IMG/VR virus record: IMGVR_UViG_3300042559_001567
Coordinates: 62,001-116,120 of that record
DNA from: an uncultured virus (IMG/VR IMGVR_UViG_3300042559_001567)
Lineage: Duplodnaviria; Heunggongvirae; Uroviricota; Caudoviricetes
Length of the DNA stretch: 54,120 nucleotides
Strand: one strand, 5' to 3'
Shown: in pieces, positions 41,901 through 51,941 of the stretch
Layout of the letters: each line of letters begins with the position of its first letter
Position numbering within the stretch: position 1 is the first letter of the stretch
Notes under the pieces: model-generated
Told to the model about the DNA's origin: nothing
What the model saw: only the letters and a program-made list of their open reading frames with translations
The model's database searches: none
Program-made: the position numbers and the translations under genes

Positions 41901-43187
41901 ACCTATTATTACAAAATAAAAGACGGTCAAGGTTGTGAAAGTGATTGGTATTCAGTAACGGTGACACAACCAGGACAAATAACGGTATCGTTGGCGGTGG
42001 GAAATCACCCAACATGTTGGACAGGTAATACAGGTTCAGTTGTTGCCACAGCATCTGGCGGCGTTGCAAGTCTTACATATTATATTAGTACCGATGGTAT
42101 AAGTTATGGAAGTCCACAGGCAAGTGGTACATTCTCAGATAAACCAACCGGAACATATTCGGTAATGGTTTCAGATGGTGGATGTGTTGCATTTTCTAAC
42201 AGTGTAACATTATCTAAATCCGCACCTACCGCAAATACATTAGCCGCTAATGTAAGTTGTTATGGTGGATCTAACGGTTCAATTACCGTATCAAGTCCAT
42301 CAGGTGGAAGTGGTTCTGGATATACCTATTCAAGAGACGGAGAAAATTACCAATCAAGCGGTTTGTTCAGTAATTTAAGTATCGGGACATATTCAATATA
42401 CGTTAAAGACGGAGCTGGTTGTGTAAATGTTATTACAACAATAGTAATTACTCAACCTGCAGAACAAACTGCAACTATTACGGTTGATACATTTGCAACT
42501 TGTAACGGAACCGCGGATGGTGCAATTACATTGTCGTCATCTGGAGGAGTATTCCCTAAAACATATAGATTATATGCTGACACGTCAGCACCTTATAATA
42601 CCTGTGGAGGAACTTTAGTTGGAACATATACAGGTGTAACTTCAGGGTCACCATCTGTTTCTGTTAGTAGTATTGATGAATATGGATACTGTCTTGAAGT
42701 TACCGATGCTAATGGTTGTGTTACAACTAGTGGAGTGGTTGGTACTACTGCTTGTATAGGAAATTGTTATAGTATTTACATCCCAACAAGTATGTTAACG
42801 AATAATGGTCAAGACTTATATATTGAATATAGAAAAACTGATAATACATACGTTACTCGACCTTATGGTGATTTCGAACAAGCTGTTGGTCCAGGTGGAG
42901 GTATATTAATTAACATTTGTAGTACCATATCGGTATCATTTAGATATGGTGTTTCTGGATTCCAATTTGTTGAAGATGTTGGAATGGTAATTGGAATAGG
43001 TGGAAAATGTGATAATAGCCAATGGTGTGGAGGTAACGACCCTTATGTAGCACCAACTGGTGGAGGTGGTGGAGGTACTACTACTTATTCGTGTAAAGCT
43101 GAACCTGGTGGATTTTGTAGTGATTACACTTCACCGTGTGCATCGTTAGGTTTAATGAACTGTAGTGATTTGGAAGAAATTAACTAA
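35943..43187 (+). CDS. Giant adhesin-like protein (2414 aa): hydrophobic segment, DUF5977-like motif, PT repeats, 3 cadherin-like domains, SprB-like repeats
   Basis: Cadherin pattern '[21 protein letters not shown]...NYE..Y.IRVR.TD' x3 (about 40312-41215). SprB-like '[13 protein letters not shown]...GG...YTYS.DG..YQ.S..F.NL..GTY..YVKD..GC' repeats (about 41225-42740). DUF5977-like '[17 protein letters not shown]'. Confidence 0.75.
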   Translation: MSSFEINCTVAGEAPDNLSHECGVTKSLTWSGNGTHSGLSFYLLRSQLSDLKLTYVFKIPKVLKLLKFIFTPISPNIGSTKVKVRVKYKVDGVLRILDEYDLGNISTQTIKYHQFLMDANIEDNGFIMLDVITSDGTSGAINVELDCNPSLIFAEFCRGFTSSTQHCSTCPQIVTYYREKLPNSPIVGLVNKNITDYTPFTVGPWYVDPYLQTEISSNETLTLSIGDLNNRTKYSYNSTTHKFEYLGNCFGDGYGCGTGELTIPFNLSDYTESTPFIPGTEGIKPNGLKYAIKNVLAGTATQNRIVPVTVTATDSAEDVSLLITDGLYGGQIGEVSYSYNSGNSGAYNVVTPYSLIKVRYKLGEGAFIKIGPRNFNTSKTFYVVTKSGMVNLRLAVGQNKSFNGGTTNVKVTIGCGNEIYGYDMGVNPYSPYDAYHNPTFVTKIWSKIPISQWSGSTNNYSVKGNYIWMDDLLATPALPYFYGDSVRTSPTNKVYQVGNLLKRDFGVQVNYVVTKWLFGPRHTNEVIDGPENKAMTNFREFFTNPPADYTFDIRRRYVPADVQPTMVGVGTLNKIINGADLLQPSVYSYLLGWSGLTSNEYDVNNNTFTTYDFGNERHIPATGFEHCVNYMTRGYVGGSNIPDLKKYMPDNKFKLWAGGGGLAANYFETHTLGLFTDATNTALISNGLSGVWNKIAVTLIRFIWPLLVFAALVYLIIPQQKLFVQKPKYFRKRYSNRPFLNDDDSVIKLYDDLTGIISGYYSDGGYIYFVPNESTTGLSTIRKLSYKYVDGIKTYNEVDILNDVTKREYITDVHRLFFLSYVFGFPEKYSTNPTLYSSSAISLIGDGQDSTTIGELNNPVPLSYSLPEGYIVSMVSQQDADNQAQAYLDSLTTSLSTNTISAEKKPGVINIETYFTHELKLETSPNYFSLWYDNSDSLGITINKKLYYDVDGKLSALNGYYRDYKKNNLVFYKVQYGIVTDIFSGTNSLTSQLNGGTYNLNGDDFDYTSAWFIDSYNPSDLSLSFGNDFDGLITNWNTNLFYTGDTINKGIIKNRTNPDGFYIYDNNLTATTYSEANESSYREVYPFDSNVFTYYKPQTLFINVEEVSDLDNDDNGLNFNVFDSNGNVSPTYVGITFTVNIYTGSTVLFTTKNVTIEPNETTKFVQLNIPYTGGTITSVNITSWDSPNPYNKTTFEQGSFAQSAGVTPCEYYSGTTYIVDSYGFVQYDEYNISTGIVDTIYSNVTEGIYIINEPIAYKSLKGSQDEVNYYPVANIRILETGDCYLLPTPTPTPTVTSTVTPTPTNTVTPTVTPTNTVTPTLTPTQTPTPTTVCEFGLSVIVLTPTPTPTTTVTPTNTVTPSVTPTNTVTPSLTPTQTPTPTTICEFGLSVVVLTPTPTPTPTNTVTPTITPSVTPTNTVTPTVTQTQTPTPTTVCEFGLSVQVLTPTPTPTPSATPNYPPTDISLSNSSINENTATGTTIGTFSSTSLDPGDTYTYTLVAGTGDDNNGSFTITGSSLKNGFIPNYESKTSYLIRVRSTDSIGQYTEKQFTITINNVNETPYALLLSNTSQAENTASNTTIGTFSTSDVDSGDTFTYSLVAGTGDTDNASFNISGANLRNTSVFNYEAKSPSTYSIRVRTTDAGGLYHEATFTITVTNVNEAPTDISISSASISENVPTGTTIGTFSATDPEGGVMTFALHDTVNYPDNSSFTITSGVLKSAAVFNYEAQAIYYIRVRVTDSTSLTFDKTITISITDVTITPSLSVTNATCYGSTGSIVVSSVAGGTANYTYSKDGTNYQASATFSNLTAGSYDIYAKDTYGEVGSTNATVTQPSQLSVTTSSTTIPTCWTGTTGQIILSGSGSSGLYDYSISLNVDTANASRTWQTSATFNSLSSGYYYAKIRDRNTPSCISSVFGIDLARSQPSASTSVTNVDCYGNSSGTIVISSMGGGQGGPYSIKLSDVNTQSGGSYQETTTSRSYGSKPAGTYYYKIKDGQGCESDWYSVTVTQPGQITVSLAVGNHPTCWTGNTGSVVATASGGVASLTYYISTDGISYGSPQASGTFSDKPTGTYSVMVSDGGCVAFSNSVTLSKSAPTANTLAANVSCYGGSNGSITVSSPSGGSGSGYTYSRDGENYQSSGLFSNLSIGTYSIYVKDGAGCVNVITTIVITQPAEQTATITVDTFATCNGTADGAITLSSSGGVFPKTYRLYADTSAPYNTCGGTLVGTYTGVTSGSPSVSVSSIDEYGYCLEVTDANGCVTTSGVVGTTACIGNCYSIYIPTSMLTNNGQDLYIEYRKTDNTYVTRPYGDFEQAVGPGGGILINICSTISVSFRYGVSGFQFVEDVGMVIGIGGKCDNSQWCGGNDPYVAPTGGGGGGTTTYSCKAEPGGFCSDYTSPCASLGLMNCSDLEEIN
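39801..40311 (+). repeat. Three PT-rich repeat units, each ending in CEFGLSVxVLTP
   Basis: tgtgaatttgg(a/t)ttatc or tgcgaatttggtttatc near 39939, 40092 and 40245, spaced 153 nt apart. Confidence 0.9.
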
Positions 43188-43220
43188 TTAAAAAAAAGAA
43201 TAAAACAAAAAAAAAACAAA

Positions 43221-43228
43221 TATTTATA
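43221..43228 (+). promoter_or_regulatory. TATTTATA candidate late-promoter motif
   Basis: 4 nt before ATG 43233. Confidence 0.45.
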
Positions 43229-43232
43229 GAAT

Positions 43233-43841
43233 ATGGCAGTAGTAACAGTAACAGGAACGGGATTAAATTTGGCAACGGCAGCAAATAATTTTACAGTGGC
43301 AATTATTGATCATTTGGGTACAAGTACTCAGTACGCAACAAGTGTTTCTAGAGCATCATTAATAAGTGGATATAATGTTACGGTTAATCCGGGAGATGTT
43401 ACAATTAGAGTAACAAGTACTGGTGTTTGTAGTAGCTCGGCGGATATTAATATATCAATAGAGGCTTTACAATCATATAGACCAGGCCCAATAGAAGCCA
43501 CCACATATGGAGCATCACCTGAAACTTTTATCGCGGCTGGTGGACGTGATGGTGGAGGTGGTAGTTATGAAGTAATAATTGGGGAGACGGATGTTTATTC
43601 TTTTATAAGTGAGACAGATTTTACAGTTACACACGTATCAACATCAGGTGGACTCAGTACAGGAGCTTTTTTAGCTGGTACTTTAGGTGCTCGTATTATA
43701 GGGTCTACAACTTTACAAATGTTCGGGATGACAAGAAGTACTTATACACCAGACCAGTCAATTAACACCTCAGCGTATAGATTGACATATACCCCATCAG
43801 GATTATCAAGAGATGTTAATTTTTATTGGTTCGTAGAATAA
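43233..43841 (+). CDS. Hypothetical beta-rich protein whose N-terminal domain resembles that of 32906-35623
   Basis: 'ATSVSRASLISGYNVTVNPGDVTIRVTSTGVCSSSADINI' compared with 'ATGLTLSQLTFYDGVLVSVPLETTKIIVKNIDFICENTLDITL'. Confidence 0.65.
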   Translation: MAVVTVTGTGLNLATAANNFTVAIIDHLGTSTQYATSVSRASLISGYNVTVNPGDVTIRVTSTGVCSSSADINISIEALQSYRPGPIEATTYGASPETFIAAGGRDGGGGSYEVIIGETDVYSFISETDFTVTHVSTSGGLSTGAFLAGTLGARIIGSTTLQMFGMTRSTYTPDQSINTSAYRLTYTPSGLSRDVNFYWFVE

Positions 43842-43920
43842 TTCATTTATTAAAAGTAATTAATTGTTTATATTGTACCAAATACATAGTAAAGATATTT
43901 ACTAGTGTACAATTTAAATT

Positions 43921-44601
43921 ATGTCAAATTTCGGTAGTTTTGCAACAATGTCATTCGTTATCCCATCATTCCTTTTGGAAGATGGTACGTATTCATCTAT
44001 CGATTCGGTAACACAAAGTTTTTTAGATTTTAGAGATTCGGGTTATTATCAACACGATAATACCACTTTGGGACAGTCACCAATCACACCATATCCATAT
44101 GAACAACATTTACCATCTGGTACCACTACGGGTTATACAACAAACGGGACGGTAATAAGTGTAATTACAGGTTATACCGGAACAACGTTTTTAGCGGTTG
44201 GTGGAAGTAGAATTGAAGAAAAAAGAAAATATGGGTCAACCGAATATGTTGGAGTAACTACGGGTACAACAAATGAAGGGTTAAAATACAAAGATTATAC
44301 ATTTACATATACGGGGCAAACAATGGGTTCACAACATCTTTATTATAGGGACTATGAGGACGGTTATACGATGATAACAGGAAATACTTCGGGATTTACT
44401 AAAGAAACGATATATGACTCTATATTAACGAGAAACGAACATTTCTTGGGATTTGTGGAACAACCAACCGTTTATTCTGATGTTTTTGTTGAAAGAGGTA
44501 AACAAGGAGTGATGGAAGTGAACCTAAGATTAGGTGAAGTTGATAACATGGGAGAACTAAGTGTGTATAGTGGTGGGTATTTTAAAGTGAAAAAACAATA
44601 A
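43921..44601 (+). CDS. Putative virion protein (226 aa), very rich in [ST]GxT
   Basis: Clean ORF with globular-looking C-terminus 'RNEHFLGFVEQPTVYSDVFVERGK...RLGEVDNMGEL'. Confidence 0.7.
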   Translation: MSNFGSFATMSFVIPSFLLEDGTYSSIDSVTQSFLDFRDSGYYQHDNTTLGQSPITPYPYEQHLPSGTTTGYTTNGTVISVITGYTGTTFLAVGGSRIEEKRKYGSTEYVGVTTGTTNEGLKYKDYTFTYTGQTMGSQHLYYRDYEDGYTMITGNTSGFTKETIYDSILTRNEHFLGFVEQPTVYSDVFVERGKQGVMEVNLRLGEVDNMGELSVYSGGYFKVKKQ

Positions 44602-44607
44602 AAATTA

Positions 44608-44619
44608 TATTTATAAATA
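44608..44619. promoter_or_regulatory. Palindrome TATTTATAAATA (TATTTATA motif overlapping T4-late-like TATAAATA)
   Basis: Intergenic, 7 nt before ATG 44627. Confidence 0.45.
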
Positions 44620-44626
44620 AAAAGAT

Positions 44627-45553
44627 ATGGCAGTAGGAAGTTATGGTATTGTAAGACCCGCAGATGTATCACCAGAAGATGTTGAGATTTTATATCATTA
44701 TACTTCTGGTAGAACAACCACAGCACCAATTACCTTGACAAGATTAAATGCTGAGGACGTTTTAACACCGGTATATCATAATCAGAATACTGTTGACGAT
44801 TCTAATGTACAAGGAAATGAAATCTTGGGAGGTTTATACAATTTGAAGTTAACATCTGAGAAATTCTCAGAACTTGGTGTTTACACATTACATCTTAGAC
44901 CAAAACAAATTAGAACATCAATTACAGATTGTGGAGTTTTAGCGTCATTACCATCTGTAAGGGGTTTAGTTATTGATTTAAATAACGTACCTGCTGCATA
45001 TAGAAATAGATTTACACCACAAGGTTTAGTTGGATATAGAATTGAGTATATTAATACAAATGGTACTTTTCAAAAAATACCAAACTTTTATAGAGTTGTT
45101 ACATCTTCATTTTATTGTCAACCAATAGTGTCAAATTTGTCTAATTCAACGGACAAAGCAATACGTTATCAATATACAGACCAAACATCAAATTTGGTTT
45201 TTTTAACAATAACACCATCGTCATCACCATCAAGTAGACCAAACGTGGTTCCATTTATTGGACAACCAGGACAAAACATTATTTTAACAAATACATTTTT
45301 TAACCCAACTACACTTGAAATAGAAATGGTAGAACACGATGCAAGTACATTGGCTCACGCTCTTTACGGTAATCAAACGAAGGCGATTACTCCGGGTATC
45401 TACACCATCTATGATAATAATAACAATAACGCAATATACAAACAATATAACTTGTTTGAAGTTAAAGACGAATTCAATGAAACAATGTATGAGGTTAGAG
45501 AAGAGAGAGAAATCATTGATGAAAGTTTAGACTTTGACAACATTACCGAATAA
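44627..45553 (+). CDS. Putative virion structural protein (308 aa)
   Basis: Preceded by the late-type motif and TAATG-coupled to the downstream baseplate-like gene. Confidence 0.7.
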   Translation: MAVGSYGIVRPADVSPEDVEILYHYTSGRTTTAPITLTRLNAEDVLTPVYHNQNTVDDSNVQGNEILGGLYNLKLTSEKFSELGVYTLHLRPKQIRTSITDCGVLASLPSVRGLVIDLNNVPAAYRNRFTPQGLVGYRIEYINTNGTFQKIPNFYRVVTSSFYCQPIVSNLSNSTDKAIRYQYTDQTSNLVFLTITPSSSPSSRPNVVPFIGQPGQNIILTNTFFNPTTLEIEMVEHDASTLAHALYGNQTKAITPGIYTIYDNNNNNAIYKQYNLFEVKDEFNETMYEVREEREIIDESLDFDNITE

Positions 45554-48500
45554 TGGCAAAATTTACAAAGGTACCAAGCCAAGCGGCGAATGGATTACAA
45601 ACGTTTAGTGATAGTTTAGTCGGTGTACAAATTACCGACGGTAGCAGTCAATTAACCAATACCAATTTTGCGTTAGATAAAATTATCCCACAAAGAGATA
45701 GTAAAAATTTTAAAACGTCACCATTTTCGGATTTCTTAACGTTAGATTCATTAAAAGAAGAGACAACTGCTGTAACTACACAAGACGGTGTTGCAGAGAA
45801 AAAAGAAAGTATTAAATTCAAAGGTAGTACTGACGATGCCGGTAAATCTTTATTCGGTTCATTAAAACAAAGATTAAACGTATCAATTTCAAGAATTGTA
45901 AAAAAGTTTCCAGCAGCTCTTTATGTTGATGGTACAATACCTGTTAGAATTTCAGATTATACTGCACAGAACATCACATACGATACAATATCAAAAACAA
46001 CACAGTTTGAGATAGAAAAATCAAGTTTATATAATCCATTTGATATTGTTATTAACGAACCACAAAGTTTAACGATTAGTGAGACAAGTAACAATTTTAG
46101 AAATTTTTATTCCACATATAAAAAATACGTTGTAGATTATAGTGGAACAACTTATGATATATTATCATATTCCGAACCAACAAGTACTACAAATATTACT
46201 TTAAAGGTTTCAGGTAATCCATTTAGTGGAGTTACAGGAACTACAAATAGTTTTTTAATTAGACCCAATAATGGGGTAACTGAAGAGTTCTTTAATAATT
46301 TAGATGACTTAGAAGAACTTTTACTTAATAGAGAAACCAATCCAAAATACGAGGCAAGTTTTAAAGTACCAAGAGATAGTTCTGATGGAGGAACAACAGA
46401 TATTATTACTGTTGAAGTTAATTGGCCGTTAGCGTTAGATGGATGGAACTTACAAACTGTAGGTTTAGATTTTGATGATTACATTTCAAAATTAAGTGAT
46501 TTAGCTGACGAGATAGATGATTATAAATCTAACTTAGTTGTTAGATTTTTAGCAGCACCACAGTTATTTGAATTCGACACAAATGACAAAAAGGGAGAAA
46601 CAATATTTCAATTATATGGACAAAGTTTTGATAGGGTAAAGAAATATATTGATAACATCGCTAACATGAGAAATGTTACATATGATGGTATTAATAACGT
46701 TCCAGATTTACTATTAAAAAACTTATCAGATAATTTAGGGTTAGATTCACATAATTTATTCAATGAACAAAATATAGAAGATACTTTATACACAAGACAA
46801 GATAGTGTATATGGTGGACAGTCAATTGGTAAAAACTTAATTGAATCTGAACATGAATTTTATAGAAGATTATTAGTTAATCTTTCACACATTTATAAAT
46901 CAAAAGGTACAAGGAACTCAATCGAATTCTTTTTAAGATTTTTAGGAGCACCCGAACCAATGATTAAAATAAACGAATACGTTTATAAAGTAAAATCTAA
47001 ATTAAATGATAACGTACAAAATGACGTTTATAATTTAATACAAGGTACAAAAACCGAATTTGTTATTACGGGTTATAATGGAACAGGATTTACTGAAAAT
47101 ACAATAACGGGAACAACTAATTTAACAAGAGATGAATATCCAGTCGATACTGATGGATTACCTAGAAAAATAACAAACGAAAAAGATGATATATTTTTCC
47201 AAAAGGGTTCAGGTTGGTATGATTTAACATTAAGTCATAGGTCTTCAGATGTTTTAGATGAAAGTACATCTAGTGGTACAACTATCAATGGAGTTTTCCA
47301 ATTAACAGGAAGAACTAAAACTATAAAAACTAAACCTAAAGATTATACATACGGTGAGGATTATTTTAATTATTTTAGAATTTTACCTGGATTAGAATAT
47401 GGTTTTGAATTAGAACCTAAAATAGACAATTTAAAAATAAGTGTTAGTGATGACGAATACGATTCTAAATTAATTCTTAATAGAAAGAATATTGGGGTTT
47501 ATTTATCTTCCGCGCAATGCATCGAATATGACATTTATAGACAATCAAGAAATTTAGAAATTTCAATCGGGGGAATTACACCACAATATACGTCAGGTGT
47601 AACATTCGAAGAATTTACTAAAGAAGTTTTAAATGGTTTTATTTCTACAAGTGAATCAAAATATAATAAATCATACTTTACATTAGAACAGGTTTATAAT
47701 GAATATGTAAAGAATACAAATTTTACTCCTTATACTGATGTTGATTTAAATGCGTTCATAACTAAAATGAGTCCTAATTGGATGAAAATTATTGAACAAT
47801 TTATTCCAGCAACGACTTTATGGACAGGAGGAAATTTAACTGAAAATAATTTATTTAATAGATCAAAACACACATATCCTAGACCAAGATATGCAATACC
47901 TAATGACAATTCAAGAGACGGTTTAGATTACCAATGTGATGATATAATGCCGTTAACACCCACACCTACACCAACACAAACCAAAACTCAAACACCGACA
48001 CCAACGCAAACTAAAACACCAACACCTACACCTACTCTAACGGTTACACCAACAGCTACTATAACGGCAACACCAACAGCCACTATAACGGCAACACCAA
48101 CGGCAACACCAACGGCAACAGCAACACCAGCCGCTACACAAAGCCAAACGCCAACACAAACGCCAACGGCAACACCTGCGGCTACACAAACCCAAACGCC
48201 AACATCAACACCTGCAGCCACGCCAGCGGCCACACAAAGCCAAACGCCAACGCCAACTACAACTCCAACACCAACAATTTTAATTACATATTATGAATTG
48301 TCTGAGTGCTCACCTGGTACGGAATATGCATTTACAACTATTATTCCTAATTTAGGTATTGGACAACGATATGTAAGACCAAGTGATAGTGTTAAATTTA
48401 CATATACAGGTTCATATACAACACAAAGAGAAGTACCAAACACGTATAATGGAAATATTCAGAAAACAACCTACACAGGCTGTACTGACCCAACACCACC

Positions 48501-49491
48501 ACCTGAAAATAGAACCGCATATGTTACTGCGTGGACAAGAGATACGGTTGATTTAACAACAATTAAGTCGGAAGTATGTGGCGTAAACGAACAACAACTA
48601 GCCTTAAATCTTGGATATACCCAATTAAATAGTGGTAACCTTTATGTAAATGAAACAAGTATCACATCAGGAATAACATATCAATTATACACTGGTAATG
48701 TAACAACCGATGGTACAACACCTAATGGTGCGGGTAAATGGTATGCAATTAAAATACAAGGAACTTCAGGTAACTTTACAATGGTAGCATCAATTAATAG
48801 TAGTGGAATTATACAAGACTGGACTCCATGTGACACACCTGTACCATCATTATCAATGACACCAACACCAACACAAACACCAGTATCAACAGCACCTACT
48901 TATTTAACATCTCGTGGGGCAAGATGGGAATGTAATAGTGGTACTGTTTACCAATACGATATATATGAAAATACAAATTCAAACTTTACGGGAAATCAAT
49001 TTAGTAACGGAACAAGCGGAGCCCAAACATTTACATCAATAGATTCAATGTTAACCTCAGCACCAAGTACCTCAGCTAATTGGATTGATTCGGGTTCACC
49101 ATATTGCTCAACAGGGATTCAATATCAACTAAAAATTGATAATAATCCATGTTCATCAACATATAATACGACGAATGCAGTTGTAACAGGTAATAATTCA
49201 ACATGTTGGCAAATGTCCGATCTTTATTATTTAACATGTGCCAATGCCAAATCATTAACTAGCCCGTACCAATCGTTTGTACTAAATGGTACTTATAAAT
49301 ATTTTTTAAATGGAACCACCCCAACAGAATGGGAAGATGCGGGATTAGCTATGCAAGGCGAATGGTTTTTTAACGACCAAAATGGGTCACATCAAAGAAT
49401 ATTTAGTAATGATGGAACAATTCAAAACACAGACACCGCCGAATGTGTGGTTGGCGGCGGTGGAGGAGGTGACCCACTTCCAGGAGGTTGA
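45553..49491 (+). CDS. Baseplate protein with P2 gpI / gp7-like region plus C-terminal PT linker and Cys-containing modules
   Basis: '[14 protein letters not shown]...[30 protein letters not shown]' resembles Tail_P2_I. PT/TA tract at about 47950-48276. Confidence 0.65.
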   Translation: MAKFTKVPSQAANGLQTFSDSLVGVQITDGSSQLTNTNFALDKIIPQRDSKNFKTSPFSDFLTLDSLKEETTAVTTQDGVAEKKESIKFKGSTDDAGKSLFGSLKQRLNVSISRIVKKFPAALYVDGTIPVRISDYTAQNITYDTISKTTQFEIEKSSLYNPFDIVINEPQSLTISETSNNFRNFYSTYKKYVVDYSGTTYDILSYSEPTSTTNITLKVSGNPFSGVTGTTNSFLIRPNNGVTEEFFNNLDDLEELLLNRETNPKYEASFKVPRDSSDGGTTDIITVEVNWPLALDGWNLQTVGLDFDDYISKLSDLADEIDDYKSNLVVRFLAAPQLFEFDTNDKKGETIFQLYGQSFDRVKKYIDNIANMRNVTYDGINNVPDLLLKNLSDNLGLDSHNLFNEQNIEDTLYTRQDSVYGGQSIGKNLIESEHEFYRRLLVNLSHIYKSKGTRNSIEFFLRFLGAPEPMIKINEYVYKVKSKLNDNVQNDVYNLIQGTKTEFVITGYNGTGFTENTITGTTNLTRDEYPVDTDGLPRKITNEKDDIFFQKGSGWYDLTLSHRSSDVLDESTSSGTTINGVFQLTGRTKTIKTKPKDYTYGEDYFNYFRILPGLEYGFELEPKIDNLKISVSDDEYDSKLILNRKNIGVYLSSAQCIEYDIYRQSRNLEISIGGITPQYTSGVTFEEFTKEVLNGFISTSESKYNKSYFTLEQVYNEYVKNTNFTPYTDVDLNAFITKMSPNWMKIIEQFIPATTLWTGGNLTENNLFNRSKHTYPRPRYAIPNDNSRDGLDYQCDDIMPLTPTPTPTQTKTQTPTPTQTKTPTPTPTLTVTPTATITATPTATITATPTATPTATATPAATQSQTPTQTPTATPAATQTQTPTSTPAATPAATQSQTPTPTTTPTPTILITYYELSECSPGTEYAFTTIIPNLGIGQRYVRPSDSVKFTYTGSYTTQREVPNTYNGNIQKTTYTGCTDPTPPPENRTAYVTAWTRDTVDLTTIKSEVCGVNEQQLALNLGYTQLNSGNLYVNETSITSGITYQLYTGNVTTDGTTPNGAGKWYAIKIQGTSGNFTMVASINSSGIIQDWTPCDTPVPSLSMTPTPTQTPVSTAPTYLTSRGARWECNSGTVYQYDIYENTNSNFTGNQFSNGTSGAQTFTSIDSMLTSAPSTSANWIDSGSPYCSTGIQYQLKIDNNPCSSTYNTTNAVVTGNNSTCWQMSDLYYLTCANAKSLTSPYQSFVLNGTYKYFLNGTTPTEWEDAGLAMQGEWFFNDQNGSHQRIFSNDGTIQNTDTAECVVGGGGGGDPLPGG

Positions 49492-49515
49492 TAAAAATAA
49501 AACAATTACAAATAA

Positions 49516-49523
49516 TATTTATA
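49516..49523 (+). promoter_or_regulatory. TATTTATA candidate late-promoter motif
   Basis: 4 nt before ATG 49528. Confidence 0.45.
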
Positions 49524-49527
49524 AAAT

Positions 49528-51144
49528 ATGAGTTTCTTAAATACAGGGTTTACACCCACAGTTTCAGCAAGATTAACTAAGGCAGGTAGAAATGCCATTG
49601 CCAAAGGTGATTTCTTAATTAGTTATTTTTCTATAGGTGATTCTGAATATAATTATAATTTAAGCGGTCTTACAAGTCAACGAGTATTCGCACCACTTGA
49701 TAAAAATACACATGTTAAGTACCCATTTTTATATTCAGCAACCGGTTCCACAATTTATGGTATCCCCGTTGAAAGTCCAGATGATGAAAATCAACAATGT
49801 AGAAATATAATCACAGCGAATAGTGGATGGACATTAAACACAGTTTGGGAAAATAAACCATTAGGTGTTAGTGATACAATAGCATTAAAAGACTATCAAA
49901 GCAATGTTTATAGTGGTGTTAAAAGTTATTTAGGATACACATCTTCAACAGGTCAAACTTTTGTTAACTATTCGGGAGGAACAATAACAGGTACAACAAT
50001 AAGAAACACAATGTTAGAAGAGGTTGAAATATTACCTGAAGAACAAAATTCAATTGCAATTTTACATTATTCAGAAAGTGGTACTACAGTTGATCCGTAT
50101 AAGTTTTTTAAATATGATGACTATATTAGTAACTATAGTGGTACTCCAATATATGATACAACTAAAAATCCTAGTAATAAAAAAGATGTTGATTTTTTTG
50201 AAGTTACAATACCAAATTTAATGTATCATAGATTAAGTGATAATTCCACAGGTACAATATTTCATATGAGTACGGGAAAAACAAAATCAGTAACAAGTGA
50301 ATATAATTCAGACTTCCAACTTGATTATGTTGATTTATTAGACGTTAATGAATATAGTGTCGGTAAAATTTTCTTTAATCAAAAAATTATAGTATTTGAT
50401 GATCAAGAAATTGTTGCGGTTTTAGATACAGGTTCTACCAGAAATTATACTCTAACAGCACCAAAAGTTAGTAGTTATATTACAAATGATAACCCAATTA
50501 CAGGTTTAACAACAGGTCAAACGTTATGGGTAACATATGTTTTAAGTGGAGGTACAGTGTCAGGAGATTTACCTTGTAGTTATTTTATGAAAGTAACGGG
50601 TACAACTAATGATGAGAATGTTACTGTTAAATTTAATAGTGGGGGATTTAAACATTTAAATAGTGGTTATAATGCAACACAAATTCACATACTGTATCAA
50701 TTTACAGATAACGGAGAGCAACCACTCCCAAATGATTGGAACTCAATAAATTTCACAGGAGAATTAAGTAGTATAACAGATTTACAAAACGGACACACAT
50801 TTACAATCAATCAAAGTAAAATTACTTTAAGTGGAACAACACAATACACATCTTCTTTAACTAATTTTGGAAAAGAAAGAACATATACGGAAGGGACCGT
50901 AAGTACTGTAATTGGGACGGATGTTCAAGTAATGAATTTCGTTATTAATTTACCCGCTGGTAAATTCGAAACATCTCAAAATCCAACAAAATATAATCCA
51001 GACGGTACTGAAAAATCTGGATATAAATATATTACAGAAGTTGCTTTATTAAATTCAAATAAAGAAACGATGGTTACGGGTAAGTTTAGTGCACCCACAA
51101 AAAGAGACGCTATTCAAGTGTTTAATGTAAAACTTGATTTCTAA
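49528..51144 (+). CDS. Baseplate / tail-fibre attachment-like protein
   Basis: N-terminal 'ARLTKAGRNAIAKG...YFSIGD' and C-terminal 'YITEVALLNSNKETMVTGKFSAPTKR' resemble tail-fibre N-terminal (P2 gpH/DUF3751-like) motifs. It follows the gpI-like gene. Confidence 0.55.
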   Translation: MSFLNTGFTPTVSARLTKAGRNAIAKGDFLISYFSIGDSEYNYNLSGLTSQRVFAPLDKNTHVKYPFLYSATGSTIYGIPVESPDDENQQCRNIITANSGWTLNTVWENKPLGVSDTIALKDYQSNVYSGVKSYLGYTSSTGQTFVNYSGGTITGTTIRNTMLEEVEILPEEQNSIAILHYSESGTTVDPYKFFKYDDYISNYSGTPIYDTTKNPSNKKDVDFFEVTIPNLMYHRLSDNSTGTIFHMSTGKTKSVTSEYNSDFQLDYVDLLDVNEYSVGKIFFNQKIIVFDDQEIVAVLDTGSTRNYTLTAPKVSSYITNDNPITGLTTGQTLWVTYVLSGGTVSGDLPCSYFMKVTGTTNDENVTVKFNSGGFKHLNSGYNATQIHILYQFTDNGEQPLPNDWNSINFTGELSSITDLQNGHTFTINQSKITLSGTTQYTSSLTNFGKERTYTEGTVSTVIGTDVQVMNFVINLPAGKFETSQNPTKYNPDGTEKSGYKYITEVALLNSNKETMVTGKFSAPTKRDAIQVFNVKLDF

Positions 51145-51147
51145 GGC

Positions 51148-51176
51148 TTTACATTTCTAAAAATATTCATTATATA
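51148..51176 (+). promoter_or_regulatory. Possible sigma70-like promoter TTTACA-N17-TATATA
   Basis: Exact 17-nt spacing in the intergenic gap before the RuvC-like gene. The AT-rich background weakens the call. Confidence 0.3.
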
Positions 51177-51183
51177 TTGTTAT

Positions 51184-51801
51184 ATGAGTATAGATGTAAA
51201 ATTAAAAAACAAGCCAAAAATCTTAGGACTCGATATTTCGACCAAGACAATTGGGTGGGCACTGTTCGATATGACAGGGTCTAAATTATTAGAATTAACA
51301 CATTTTTCCCCAAAAATTAAACCTCAACCTGAAGATAAGATTGAAGAATTAATCTTAAAGGCGGAAGCGTTTAAAAAACATTTATTAGGATATAAAGATG
51401 TTGGTATTACCCGTGTCATAATTGAGGAACCATTATTACAATCGAATAATGTGTATACAATTGGAACCTTATTAAGATATAACACATTGATTCTCAAGTC
51501 ATGTTATGATGTATTGGGAATTTTACCAACATTTATTTCGACATATAATTCAAGAAAATTTGCATTCCCTGATTTAGTTGGGGCAAATGACAAAGGTCGT
51601 AATGTTTTATTTGGTGGTTACCCAAGAGACATAGATAAGAAACATGTAATTTGGGAACATGTAAATGCAGTATGTCCTGATGTTAATTGGTTATATGGTA
51701 AAACAGGTAATCTTAAAAAAGAAAATTACGATATGGCTGATGCCGCAACTTGTGTGATTGGTTATGTTAACATGAATAGATTAGAAAAATCCGGCAACTA
51801 A
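51184..51801 (+). CDS. RuvC-like Holliday junction resolvase
   Basis: 'ILGLDISTKTIGWA', 'VIIEEP' and 'DMADA' give the RNase H-fold catalytic pattern. Confidence 0.8.
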   Translation: MSIDVKLKNKPKILGLDISTKTIGWALFDMTGSKLLELTHFSPKIKPQPEDKIEELILKAEAFKKHLLGYKDVGITRVIIEEPLLQSNNVYTIGTLLRYNTLILKSCYDVLGILPTFISTYNSRKFAFPDLVGANDKGRNVLFGGYPRDIDKKHVIWEHVNAVCPDVNWLYGKTGNLKKENYDMADAATCVIGYVNMNRLEKSGN

Positions 51802-51840
51802 CATTTTACTTTACGGTTTGTTTATCATATATTTATAAAA

Positions 51841-51912
51841 GAAGACGGGAAGTGTAGAAATACACTTTTGGTTGGTTTCCCTCGGAGGTGGTGTTCCGGG
51901 GGATTTTTTTTT
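51841..51912 (+). ncRNA. Candidate small structured RNA (GAAA-tetraloop hairpin plus terminator hairpin)
   Basis: TATTTATA at 51830-51837, then aagtgta-gaaa-tacactt (51850-51867), then the terminator. It is a GC-rich island in an intergenic gap. Confidence 0.35.
51878..51912 (+). terminator. Intrinsic terminator
   Basis: tccctcggag-gtggtg-ttccggggga (two G-U pairs) followed by T9. Confidence 0.8.
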
Positions 51913-51941
51913 ATCAATTTTTTTACATATATTTCTATAGT

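Noticed and set aside
51841..51912. tRNA
   Set aside because: It has only two hairpins, with no cloverleaf, T-loop consensus or acceptor stem.
51888..51941. N-terminal extension of primase from GTG 51888
   Set aside because: It lies within the terminator loop and T-run and encodes an implausible Phe/Tyr stretch. ATG 51942 is more likely.
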